A stretch of DNA of 62,939 nucleotides, filler included, from Octopus bimaculoides (lineage: Eukaryota): the NCBI RefSeq assembly GCF_001194135.2. It is 6 parts of 5 records of this genome, joined end to end, with 100 filler letters (N's around TTAATTAATTAA, not from the genome) between each part and the next. Parts side by side here need not be neighbours in the genome. Positions count along the whole stretch, not along the records: positions 1 to 14,739 come from NC_068989.1; 5 more parts are not named here. One strand, given 5' to 3'. The notes below the pieces were generated by a model. It searched no databases. It saw only the letters and a program-made list of their open reading frames with translations, and was not told the origin of the DNA. The position numbers and the translations under genes are program-made. Of this stretch, positions 1 to 11,704 are shown in pieces. Each line of letters starts with the position of its first letter. The first letter of the stretch is position 1.

Positions 1-218
1 ATATACATGTGTGTGTTTTCGGTGCGAATGGCTTTGTAATACGGTGCCGTATTTTACAATCCTGCGAATAATAATAATGGTATTTTTATATAAGCTTAAA
101 GCTAATGGCGATCAACGTGCAATGACTAAAGAAAATAGTCTAATAACGGTGTATATAAGTCCTCGACAGAAAAAAGAAGGCTTTTCTATCCGCGTGGAAT
201 ATATATATATATACACAC

Positions 219-259
219 ATGTGTACACACACACACACACACACACACATACATATACG

Positions 260-291
<32 letters not shown>

Positions 292-372
292 CATACATAC
301 ATACATACATACATACATACATGCGTACATACATACATACATACGTACATACATACGCACATATACGCACAT
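219..372. repeat. (CA)n/(TACA)n microsatellite
   Basis: Visible tandem repeat; source of spurious HT/YIHT ORFs. Representative of dozens of similar tracts not listed individually. Confidence 0.95.
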
Positions 373-1604
373 TTACATACGTTGCCTTCTCAAACGAATG
401 AGAAAATAGTGCTCAATACGTGTTGTAGAGCATATGGTGTTCTTTATTGAAACTGAAACTGAGAATTTGCTTCTCGACTGGACTTCCGATAAAACCACAC
501 ATTAAATATGAATGTGTGTATTGTGTGTGTGAGTTTGTGTATGTGTGTGTATGCACGTGGCTGTGTGCGTGTGCGTATTTTTCCGTATGTATGTTGTATT
601 TATCTATCTCCCTATCTATGCACATACACACGCACATTTATATCAGTTGAGGGTTTTACAAATGGAGATTTGAATTCAACGCATTAAGTAGAATGCATGT
701 GTACTCGTATATTAGCTGAGGGGCTACTTGAGTGCCTCAGCAGCTGAAAGTGTCGCGTGAAGGTATATTGTCAAACTCATTTAGAAATTCTCCGTCTCTA
801 CAAACGCACATTCATACATAACTTCGTACATACAATCGTGTGTGTATGTGCAAGAGAGAAAGAGAGAGAGAGAGGGAAAGAACGAAAGAAAGAAAATGGA
901 CTCACGAAGCTCTATTATTCACTACGATTGTTTCCACCCAGTTTGCAATGGTGCCTCGCACATGAGATGCTGCACAGACAGATGTGGTGCTTTGTAGGTG
1001 CGAACGTGTCTCATCAAGTGACTTGTCAAAAGGTACCTCGTTTTTTAATCTCCGTTTCTCTTATTTCTATCATATATATATGTGTCTGCTGGGTTCGGCT
1101 GCTCTACATTAATAAGGGGCAACACCCTGAAACTAGTCTGTAGATGCCAGACCAGCAAGGGGAAGCGGCTGACTTCGAAGGTTATAATGGACACAGGTTC
1201 GTGTGTCACATAGCAAGCTAGAGGCGATGGCCTCTTGGAGCTAATCAACGGCAGCATTCGTCCTATTTTTGGGACTGCCATGTTGGCTTGGCGATAATTA
1301 TTAATATGTATGTATATATTTTTATGTATATACAGGTAAATGTCGAACAGTGAGAATGAGTTGTCAACACCGTATTGGTGGATACAGATTCTTTATTTGT
1401 GTATTAAGATTACCATTGGTTTCATGGTAAGAAAATCCAAAATAGAGACGAACAACAATTTCTCCATGTGATCAGCTTGAAGATTTGTTAAGATAGTTTC
1501 TTAACATGAAACCAATGGAAGTCTTAAACACAAATAAAAAAAAAGATATATATGTGTGTGTATGTGCGTCTGTGTGTGTATACATGTACAGACACACGCA
1601 CGTA

Positions 1605-1636
<32 letters not shown>

Positions 1637-2174
1637 CACACATATGTGTGTATGTATGTATCTATATATGTACGAGTGAGTGAACATGAGATTAGAGTTA
1701 CATGTCTTTACTGAAAGTTTGACTCAGCTCCACCTATAGTTTGGAAGGGATGGTACACGTTCACATCATCAAATGTTTGACTAGTTTTTGAGAGAATTCA
1801 AAAGATTATAATGGCCTCTTGATGAGAGTTTTTAGGCCTTCGGTGATCAAATGATATCACGTGGTTGTTTTTTGCTATCATATTGGCATCAGTTCATTTA
1901 TGGGTAGCTCAAGTGATAGAACAGACTGGTTGTTGACTTCGCTTAGTCAGCGTTCTGGAAGGCGTGGCATTTCAGTGACATCAGCTTTGAAGATTGGTTT
2001 CTACACGTGGCTGGGCAGACGAAACGTAGACGTCACTTAGTCGTTCTTTCTGCGGGATGCGGTGCTTCGGCGATAACAGTTACCACATGGGAACCGATTC
2101 GATAATGAAAGATCATTCATCATAACAACCACTGTGTCATTCATTACATCACGAAGGTGATTTGCAAAACAACT

Positions 2175-3030
2175 AGCATCAACATCACCATCACCACCAC
2201 CACCACCACCACCATCACCACCACCACCACTACCACCACCACCGCCGCTGCCACCATCATCACCACCACTGCCACCACCTCTATCACTACCACTATAGCT
2301 GTATTGANNNNNNNNNNNNNNNNNNNNNNNNNNNNNNNNNNNNNNNNNNNNNNNNNNNNNNNNNNNNNNNNNNNNNNNNNNNNNNNNNNNNNNNNNNNNN
2401 NNNNNNNNNNNNNNNNNNNNNNNNNNNNNNNNNNNNNNNNNNNNNNNNNNNNNNNNNNNNNNNNNNNNNNNNNNNNNCACCATCACCACCACCACCACTA
2501 CCACCACCACCGCCGCTGCCACCATCATCACCACCACTGCCACCACCTCTATCACTACCACTATAGCTGTATTGATAGCACCACCACCACCACCGCCACC
2601 ACCACAATCACAACCACTATGATCTATATCGATAGCCCCATCACCACCAACTCCACCACCACCACCCCCACAGCCATAATTGCCATCAATATTACTTGCA
2701 CCACCGTCACACTACCACCTACATTGCCATCCTCACCACCAACAAAATCTCTACCACCAACGGACCAGCATCATAGCCACTACATCCTTCATCATCAAAC
2801 AAATAACGCGATCGCTAAACCGCCACCAACTCCACCGCAAACATCAGCACTACCAGTCAACCACAAAGACAACAACAACAACAACAGCAACAATCACAGC
2901 AACAATAATACTTCACCAAAATTAACTCCAACACCGTCACCAATGACAACAGCAACATATTTACCACCATCACCATCAACAGCAACGACACTAACATCAA
3001 CAACATCATTATCTCCATCATAAAACATCA
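2175..3030. repeat. Degenerate (CCA/ACA)n trinucleotide low-complexity tract
   Basis: Poly-ACC/CAC/AAC runs; the T/H-rich ORFs here are artefacts. Confidence 0.9.
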
Positions 3031-3126
3031 CCAATCGCCAATATATCATCTCTCTCTTTCTCTCTCCCTCTCTCTCTCTCTCCATATATATATATATATA
3101 TACTTTATTTAAAAGCAGCAGAAATA

Positions 3127-3224
3127 TAACAAAAGACTGTTACTCTGAGTTTCACGTTCCCGTTCATCGAACAAAACTGTCCGATGAACGGGAACGTGAA
3201 ACTCAGAGTAACAGTCTTTTGTTA
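3127..3224. repeat. Perfect 43-bp inverted repeat with 12-nt spacer (Penelope pLTR-like end)
   Basis: 3127-3169 is the exact reverse complement of 3182-3224; the right arm runs into a gap. Confidence 0.9.
3176..3215 (+). ncRNA. Type I minimal hammerhead-like motif (core CCGAUGA)
   Basis: ACUGU-CCGAUGA-ACG ggaa CGU-GAA-ACU cag AGU-A-ACAGU: stems I, II and III all pair, with a GUA cleavage triplet and a U4C core variant. Confidence 0.55.
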
Positions 3225-4191
3225 NNNNNNNNNNNNNNNNNNNNNNNNNNNNNNNNNNNNNNNNNNNNNNNNNNNNNNNNNNNNNNNNNNNNNNNNNNNN
3301 NNNNNNNNNNNNNNNNNNNNNNNNNNNNNNNNNNNNNNNNNNNNNNNNNNNNNNNNNNNNNNNNNNNNNNNNNNNNNNNNNNNNNNNNNNNNNNNNNNNN
3401 NNNNNNNNNNNNNNNNNNNNNNNNNNNNNNNNNNNNNNNNNNNNNNNNNNNNNNNNNNNNNNNNNNNNNNNNNNNNNNNNNNNNNNNNNNNNNNNNNNNN
3501 NNNNNNNNNNNNNNNNNNNNNNNNNNNNNNNNNNNNNNNNNNNNNNNNNNNNNNNNNNNNNNNNNNNNNNNNNNNNNNNNNNNNNNNNNNNNNNNNNNNN
3601 NNNNNNNNNNNNNNNNNNNNNNNNNNNNNNNNNNNNNNNNNNNNNNNNNNNNNNNNNNNNNNNNNNNNNNNNNNNNNNNNNNNNNNNNNNNNNNNNNNNN
3701 NNNNNNNNNNNNNNNNNNNNNNNNNNNNNNNNNNNNNNNNNNNNNNNNNNNNNNNNNNNNNNNNNNNNNNNNNNNNNNNNNNNNNNNNNNNNNNNNNNNN
3801 NNNNNNNNNNNNNNNNNNNNNNNNNNNNNNNNNNNNNNNNNNNNNNNNNNNNNNNNNNNNNNNNNNNNNNNNNNNNNNNNNNNNNNNNNNNNNNNNNNNN
3901 NNNNNNNNNNNNNNNNNNNNNNNNNNNNNNNNNNNNNNNNNNNNNNNNNNNNNNNNNNNNNNNNNNNNNNNNNNNNNNNNNNNNNNNNNNNNNNNNNNNN
4001 NNNNNNNNNNNNNNNNNNNNNNNNNNNNNNNNNNNNNNNNNNNNNNNNNNNNNNNNNNNNNNNNNNNNNNNNNNNNNNNNNNNNNNNNNNNNNNNNNNNN
4101 NNNNNNNNNNNNNNNNNNNNNNNNNNNNNNNNNNNNNNNNNNNNNNNNTGTGTGTGTGTATGTGTGTGTGTGTATGTGTGTGTGTGTATGT

Positions 4192-4228
<37 letters not shown>

Positions 4229-4249
4229 CGCACGCGTGTGTCTGTGTGT

Positions 4250-4445
4250 GTTTGTGTGTCTGTGTTTGTTCCCCCAACATCGCTTGACAACCGATGCTGG
4301 TGTGTCTAGAACTTAGCAGTTCAGCAAAGGGACCGACGGAGTAAGCTTATAAAGAATAAGTCTTGGGGTCAATTTGCTTGATTAAAGGCGGTACTCCAGC
4401 ATGGCCGCAGTCAAATGACTGAAACAAATAAAAGAATAAAAGATT
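4250..4445 (+). mobile_element. SINE family A/D, 3' (D) module
   Basis: Matches other copies (41440, 48110, 50640, 54870, 58270): ccccaacatcgcttgacaaccgatgctggtg...ccagcatggccgcagtcaaatgactgaaac. Confidence 0.85.
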
Positions 4446-4558
4446 AAATTTCATACCTGATTGTATTATAAACACAAGACATGGCACAACTAATATCAAC
4501 CTTAATGTCGAATTTACTTAAGCACTTCTTAGGATAAATTTATGTGGATGGGGTTTCA

Positions 4559-4593
<35 letters not shown>

Positions 4594-5207
4594 NNNNNNN
4601 NNNNNNNNNNNNNNNNNNNNNNNNNNNNNNNNNNNNNNNNNNNNNNNNNNNNNNNNNNNNNNNNNNNNNNNNNNNNNNNNNNNNNNNNNNNNNNNNNNNN
4701 NNNNNNNNNNNNNNNNNNNNNNNNNNNNNNNNNNNNNNNNNNNNNNNNNNNNNNNNNNNNNNNNNNNNNNNNNNNNNNNNNNNNNNNNNNNNNNNNNNNN
4801 NNNNNNNNNNNNNNNNNNNNNNNNNNNNNNNNNNNNNNNNNNNNNNNNNNNNNNNNNNNNNNNNNNNNNNNNNNNNNNNNNNNNNNNNNNNNNNNNNNNN
4901 NNNNNNNNNNNNNNNNNNNNNNNNNNNNNNNNNNNNNNNNNNNNNNNNNNNNNNNNNNNNNNNNNNNNNNNNNNNNNNNNNNNNNNNNNNNNNNNNNNNN
5001 NNNNNNNNNNNNNNNNNNNNNNNNNNNNNNNNNNNNNNNNNNNNNNNNNNNNNNNNNNNNNNNNNNNNNNNNNNNNNNNNNNNNNNNNNNNNNNNNNNNN
5101 NNNNNNNNNNNNNNNNNNNNNNNNNNNNNNNNNNNNNNNNNNNNNNNNNNNNNNNNNNNNNNNNNNNNNNNNNNNNNNNNNNNNNNNNNNNNNNNNNNAT
5201 ATATATA

Positions 5208-5365
5208 CGACGGGCTTCTTTCAGTTTCCGTCTTCCAAATCCACTCACAAGGCTTTGATCGGCTCAAGGCTATGGTAGAAGACAGTTGCCCAAGGTGCCA
5301 CGCAGTGGGACTGAACCCGGAACCATGTGGTTGGTAAGCAAGCTACTTACCACACAACCACTCCT
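5208..5365 (-). mobile_element. SINE family A head (tRNA-like, CORE-like body)
   Basis: Near-identical reverse complement of 10806-10972; A/B-box-like head followed by caccttgggcaagtgtctt. Confidence 0.9.
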
Positions 5366-5759
5366 ATTTTTCGAGAGAAGGGTTCTTACTAACATATAAA
5401 TATGTGTGTGTATGTGTGTGTATGTATGTGTGCGTATTTGTGCATGTGTGTGCATGTGTGTGTGTGTGTGTGCGTGTGCATGTGTGTGCGTGTGTGTTGT
5501 GTGCGTGAAATGAAAGTCCTGCTGCAAACTATGGACGCATGGGGCTTTTATGAACTTGGGCTACGTTAATTTTGAGAGTTCCTTGAGTTTCATAGATACA
5601 CACACACACGCTCTTACAAATGCATTCACACATGCCAACATACGCATGCACGCACAACACACCTACACATATACAACCATTCATATGTGGATAGCTAGAT
5701 CAATAGATAGATGAACATACATACACACACACGCATACACACACACATACTCACATACA

Positions 5760-5796
<37 letters not shown>

Positions 5797-5881
5797 TTAT
5801 AAAGAAAGAGAAAAATGTGTAGACAGATAGGAGACAGAGAGAGAAATTTAGATTCATAGATAGATAGACAGACAGACAGAC

Positions 5882-5915
<34 letters not shown>

Positions 5916-6088
5916 ATTGATTTTTATCACAACACCAGCTGTTGGTACAAATACTTATCTATACTAATGTACATAGGAATATGTAGACAGTACACTCAAA
6001 CAAATGAAGAGTGAGAGAGGAGAAAGGGGAGGGGAAGTGTGAGTGAGGGACAGAGGAAAAGACAGAGAGGGCGAGAGATTGAAATGGA

Positions 6089-6476
6089 AGTTGTTGTTGG
6101 CACTCCGTCGCTTACGACGTCGAGGGTTCCAGTTGATCCGATCAACGGAACAGCCTGCTCGTGAAATTAACGTGCAAGTGGCTGAGCACTCCACAGACAC
6201 GTGTACCCTTAACGTAGTTCTCGGGGATATTCAGTGTGACACAGTGTGACAAGGCCAACCCTTTCAATTACAGGCACAACAGAAACAGGAATTAAGAGTG
6301 AGAGAAAGTTGTGGTGGAAGAGTACGGCAGGGTTCGCCACAATCCCCTGCCGGAGCCTCGTGGAGCTTTAGGTGTTTTTGCTCAATAAATACTCACAACG
6401 CCCGGTCTGGGAATCGAAACCGCGATCCTATGACCGCGAGTCCGCTGCCCTAACCACTGGGCCATTGCGCCTCCAC
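6089..6476 (-). mobile_element. Full-length ~390-bp tRNA-derived SINE (family B)
   Basis: A/B boxes (tggcccagtgg, gtttcgattcc), (AAC)n tail, 9-bp direct repeat tgaaatgga at 6080-6088 and 6477-6485; homologous to 7986-8321. Confidence 0.9.
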
Positions 6477-6811
6477 TGAAATGGACGTATTAACAGATAT
6501 TCCAGCATACTTTTGCTAAGATATCACATGCACCTACGATTATAATTCTACTTTGTACAGCGTAAATACATACATAGTAGATGACACTCGCCCAAGGTGT
6601 CACACTGTAGAAATGAACCTGGAACCAGCAAAACTATCAGCATGGAAGAGAAAAAAGTAATTACTCGCTTCATGTTCAATGAAAGATTCAAAGAGTGAAA
6701 ATCTGTGACGTTTTGGACTTAAGGTTTGCTTCAGAATTTGAGAATGTTGGGTAACCAATACAGAAAACCAAATTTAGGTTCCAGGATAGACACTGTAAAT
6801 ATATTCTTTTC

Positions 6812-7235
6812 TACTTTAGGTACGAGGCCCGAAATTTTGGAGGAGGGGGACAGTCGATTAGATCGACCTCAGTACGCAACTGGTACTTAATTCATCGCCA
6901 CCGAAAGGATGAAAGGCAAAGTTGACCTCGGCGGAATTTGAACTCAGAACGTAGCGGCAGACGAAATACCGCTAAGTATTTCGCCCGGCGTGCTAACGTT
7001 TCTTATTTCTTTATTGCCCACAAGGAGATAACATAGAGGGGACAAACAAGGATAGACAAAGGGATTAAGTAGATTACATCGACCCCAGTGCGTAACTAGT
7101 ACTTAATTTATCGACCCTCGAAAGGATGAAAGGCAAAGTCGATCTCGGCAGAATTTGAACTCAGAACGTAGCCGCAGACGAAATACCGCCAAGCATTTCG
7201 CTCGGCGTTCTAACGTTTCTGCCAGCTCGCTGCCT
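6812..7235 (-). mobile_element. Two tandem SINE family C copies with different 3' tails
   Basis: Both share gaaaggatgaaaggcaaagt(t/c)ga(c/t)ctcggc...gaactcagaacg; homologous to 39293-39525. Confidence 0.9.
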
Positions 7236-7355
7236 GGACGCTGTAAAGATAATGTGAACGATATGTTTATTGTAGGCTAAAAGTTCTGATCAACATATTT
7301 TATTTACCCTCTCAGAGTATCTTTTCCTTTCCCTCTCTCTTTCACAACATCATAC

Positions 7356-7440
7356 CAGACATTCTTATCTTGTCCAAGATATTGTACTTCTCATTCCAAT
7401 GTAACAACTGTGCTAGTAACCGTTTGCTTTTAGTTTTTTT
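7356..7440 (-). CDS. Weak candidate internal exon (KKTKSKRLLAQLLHWNEKYNILDKIRMS)
   Basis: Acceptor ttcctaccaaacag, donor CTG/gtatga, one open frame over 85 nt; no recognisable homology. Confidence 0.2.
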
Positions 7441-7518
7441 CTGTTTGGTAGGAAACACATAAATTCTCCCTAATGCAAGGGTAGTTGTGCATGTTTGTGT
7501 GCGTATATATATATATAT

Positions 7519-7640
7519 AGGCGTAGGAGTGGCTGTGTGGTAAGTAGCTTGCTTGGGCAAGTGTCTTCTACTATAGCCTCGGGCTGACCAAAGCCTTGTG
7601 AGTGGATTTGGTAGACGGAAACTGCAAGAAGCCCGTGGTA

Positions 7641-7673
<33 letters not shown>

Positions 7674-7970
7674 NNNNNNNNNNNNNNNNNNNNNNNNNNN
7701 NNNNNNNNNNNNNNNNNNNNNNNNNNNNNNNNNNNNNNNNNNNNNNNNNNNNNNNNNNNNNNNNNNNNNNNNNNNNNNNNNNNNNNNNNNNNNNNNNNNN
7801 NNNNNNNNNNNNNNNNNNNNNNNNNNNNNNNNNNNNNNNNNNNNNNNNNNNNNNNNNNNNNNCTAGGGTAACAAAGAATAAGTCCTGGGGTCGATTTTCT
7901 CGACTAAAGGCGGTGCTCCAGCATGGCCACAGTCAAATGACAGAAACAAGTAAAAGAGAAAGAGAAAGAG
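7519..7970 (+). mobile_element. Composite SINE A-(TA)n-D with internal deletion in the head and an assembly gap in the microsatellite
   Basis: A head 7519-7640, gap 7674-7862, D tail 7868-7970. Confidence 0.85.
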
Positions 7971-7985
7971 AATATATATGGAAGT

Positions 7986-8321
7986 GTGGAGGCGCAATGG
8001 CCCAGTGGTTAGGGCAGCGGACTCGCTGTCATAGGATCGCGGTTTCGATTCCCAGACCGGGCGTTGTGAGTGTTTATTGAGCGAAAACACCTAAAGCTCC
8101 ACGAGGCCTATTCCCGGCAGGGGATGGTGGTGAACCCTGCTGTACTTTTTCACCACAACTTTCTCTCGGTCTTACTTCCTGTTGTGCCTGTATTTCAAAG
8201 GGCCAACCTTGTCACACTCTGTGTCACACTGAATATCCCCGAGAACTATGTTAAGGGTACACGTGTCAGTAGAGTGCTCAGCCACTTGTACGTTAATTTC
8301 ACAAGCAAGCTGTTCTGTTGA
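7986..8321 (+). mobile_element. SINE family B, 3' truncated
   Basis: Homologous to 6089-6476. Confidence 0.9.
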
Positions 8322-8654
8322 CGCCCTGAAACCTGGACCACTGCACACTCGCCAGGAAATTTACAGACCCTGCGTCTATTTCAAACGCTACCTGTTGCAA
8401 GCATGGGATTCCCTCTTCTCCAATTAGACCCGTAAAGGTTCTTACGAACTAAAAACAGCACAAGGGAAATGTTTCCCATTCCCCCTCTTTTGGCCTAGAT
8501 GAGCCGCTCCAAAGGAGATCTCCCGTCCTCGCCGACCGGGAATCTTTATTCTTTGGTAACTTAGTGACCGTAACAGATTCCCGCCTTCCAGAGATGAAGA
8601 GTTACATTTGTCTTCGGCTAGAGTCTGAGGCCATCCACAGGGCTAAGCCCTTTT

Positions 8655-8847
8655 TGCGAAACCATTGGTTATTCTATGACTGGACATAGACTTAACTACA
8701 TATAAAAAACTATATAGATATGTATATGTATGTGTGTGTGAGAGTGTGTGTGTGTGTGTCTGTGTGCATACATATATATAAATATTTATATATTTTTTAC
8801 ATGTAGTTAAGTCTACGTCCGGGTATAGACTGACCAACGGTTTCGCA
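8655..8847. mobile_element. MITE-like element with 55-bp imperfect terminal inverted repeats around a microsatellite
   Basis: 8655-8709 versus the reverse complement of 8793-8847: 47/55 identical by manual alignment. Confidence 0.6.
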
Positions 8848-9215
8848 TACATGTGTGTGTGTGTATGTATGTGTGTGTGTGTGTGCGTGTGTTTGCGTGT
8901 GCGCCATTGTTTGTTCCCGACAACTGCTTGACAACGAGTGTTGGCATGTTTATGTCACCATAACTCAGCAATTTCGCAAAGGAGCCTGGGTTGAATAAGT
9001 AACCAGGTTTTAAAAAAAGGAATCAAAATAAACACTAGGGTTGATTCATTCCACCAACAATCCTTCAAGGTGGTGCCCCAGCATGGCCGCAGTCTAACGA
9101 CTGAAACTATACATATGTTTGTGTATCTATCTATCTATCTGTATTTAGCCCTGTGTGGCTATAATAAAAAGATATCTGTCTTTCTGTCTGTCTGTCCATC
9201 TATTTATCTGTCTGC

Positions 9216-9271
<56 letters not shown>

Positions 9272-9389
9272 TTGTCTGTCTGCCTGCCTGCCTGTCTGTC
9301 TGTCTCTCTCTCTCTGTCTCTCTCTCTGTGTCTCTCTCTCTCTCTATATATATATATGTAAATACACTCATATATATATNNNNNNNNNN

Positions 9390-9433
<44 letters not shown>

Positions 9434-9608
9434 CAGTATATACATATATATATAGATTAGTTATAGCATTCATCAGAATCAAGGCACATCAACACTTAGG
9501 ATGCCAGAAATGGCAAGGTACATGATGTAATCTGTGAATACATCAATAAAGTTCTACTGAAACAATTGTAGTAAATTGAAACCCCTTTTGTGTTCTTATA
9601 AATATATA

Positions 9609-10438
9609 GAGGCTGCGATGGATAAATTGTCGCCATTTATATTTTTAATTTCGCGCATGTGCTTTGTATGTTTTTGATTTTGCACTACACAGCATAGTAG
9701 GGTCACTTGGGCACTGTCTGTGAGACAAACAACACTATGACCCAATTCACTCTGCTAGAAATTTGGAAACGACATGTTGTACTGCTTGGCATTTGCACCG
9801 GAAGCTCCAATACGAACATTTCAGAGTACCTGGGTGTCAATCTGAGGACATGTACCGAGAGTGATAAAAATCAAACATCCAGGCAACGTCATGGGCGTTT
9901 GGAGTGATTCCTTGTGATGGCGACTTTATGCCTCCATTCATCTTCCCACACGACCTCACATTCAACGCGGAGGCCTACTTCACATTCAATGCGGAGCCTG
10001 GAGGAGATAGTGCTGCTCTGGGTCAAGAGGGTGGCTGCTGGAAGGCCCAATGTCTAGCAACTGAACTCTGCACCATGCTCACACAAGCAGAGGAACCCAG
10101 TCATGGCTGTCAGACAATTTCTGCGACCACATCAGCCCTAACATCTGACCACCTAACTCCCCAGACTGCAACCCCCTTGATTATTATGTGTGGGGCGCAG
10201 TTGAGCGAGAGACCAACAAAACTCCTTGTAGCACCAAAGATAAACTGAAGGCAAGGATTATGACAGCATTCACCAACTTGAACAAGGACACTGTCCAGAA
10301 GGGTTGCAGGAGATTCTGAAGTCGTCTGGAGGCCGTGGTTGAAGCCAATGGTGATTTTACTGAATACATTTACTCTTTAGTACTGCAAGATATTTTATAT
10401 AACAGGTATTTAGACGACAGTTTATTCACTGCACCCTG
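9609..10438 (+). mobile_element. Internally deleted DD37D (maT-like) Tc1/mariner element
   Basis: Degenerate ~26-28-bp TIRs with TA flanks; relic translation TQSWLSDNFCDHISPNI*PPNSPDCNPLDYYVWGAVERETNK...RLEAVVEANGDF. Confidence 0.85.
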
Positions 10439-10456
10439 TATATATATCTATATCCA

Positions 10457-10513
<57 letters not shown>

Positions 10514-10588
10514 CTTCAGTAAATCATAAATCCACAAGAGAAGAGAAGCACACTCAAGGTTATAGAGCAGTAGAGTATATAAATATAA

Positions 10589-10780
10589 ATATGGCCAGTC
10601 TATGGAGGTTTCCCTGAATTTCATGTCCATAAAGCGATTAGCTTCACAGCGTTTCTTCAGACCTGTGGCCTCTCTTTGCTAGAGGCCACAAGCCAATGGG
10701 TTTTAGGGTATGAAGAAACGCTGTAAAACTAAGTGCTTAATGGACGTGAAACATAGGGTAACACCAAAGATCGGCCATAT
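10589..10780. mobile_element. Foldback/MITE-like palindromic element
   Basis: About 75-bp imperfect inverted arms plus a perfect internal 10-bp hairpin tgtggcctct/agaggccaca (10664-10690). Confidence 0.55.
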
Positions 10781-10805
10781 CTGGCAGATAGATAGACAGA
10801 CAGAC

Positions 10806-10972
10806 AGGCGCAGGAGTGGCTGTGTGGTAAGTAGCTTGCTTACCAACCACATGGTTCCGGGTTCAGTCCCACTGCGTGGCACCTTGGGCAAGTGTCTTCT
10901 ACTAAAGCCTCGGGCCGACCAAAGCCTTGTGAGTGGATTTGGTAGACGGAAACCGAAAGAAGCCCGTCTTAT
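10806..10972 (+). mobile_element. SINE family A head, runs into microsatellite and gap
   Basis: Best-preserved A copy. Confidence 0.9.
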
Positions 10973-11381
10973 ATATGTATATATATATATGTGTGTGTGT
11001 GTATATGTTTGTGTNNNNNNNNNNNNNNNNNNNNNNNNNNNNNNNNNNNNNNNNNNNNNNNNNNNNNNNNNNNNNNNNNNNNNNNNNNNNNNNNNNNNNN
11101 NNNNNNNNNNNNNNNNNNNNNNNNNNNNNNNNNNNNNNNNNNNNNNNNNNNNNNNNNNNNNNNNNNNNNNNNNNNNNNNNNNNNNNNNNNNNNNNNNNNN
11201 NNNNNNNNNNNNNNNNNNNNNNNNNNNNNNNNNNNNNNNNNNNNNNNNNNNNNNNNNNNNNNNNNNNNNNNNNNNNNNNNNNNNNNNNNNNNNNNNNNNN
11301 NNNNNNNNNNNNNNNNNNNNNNNNNNNNNNNNNNNNNNNNNNNNNNNNNNNNNNNNNNNNNNNNNNNNNNNNNNNNNNNNN

Positions 11382-11420
<39 letters not shown>

Positions 11421-11621
11421 CACACACATAAGTACAGGTATATCCTGGAGAGGGACAACACGTACATACATACATGCAAGTTATATACCGAAGAGCAAGT
11501 TCACACAGACATACATACACATACATAGACTAGAACACATGCATGCACGGTTATATGTAGGAAAAGTAAGCACACACTCATTTAAGTCTACATGTACACA
11601 TACATACATACATACATACAT

Positions 11622-11704
<83 letters not shown>

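Noticed and set aside
8322-8650. GC-richer block (also 1090-1290 and 49100-49330) as exons
   Set aside because: All frames close quickly and nothing is recognisable; likely old repeat fragments that I cannot classify.
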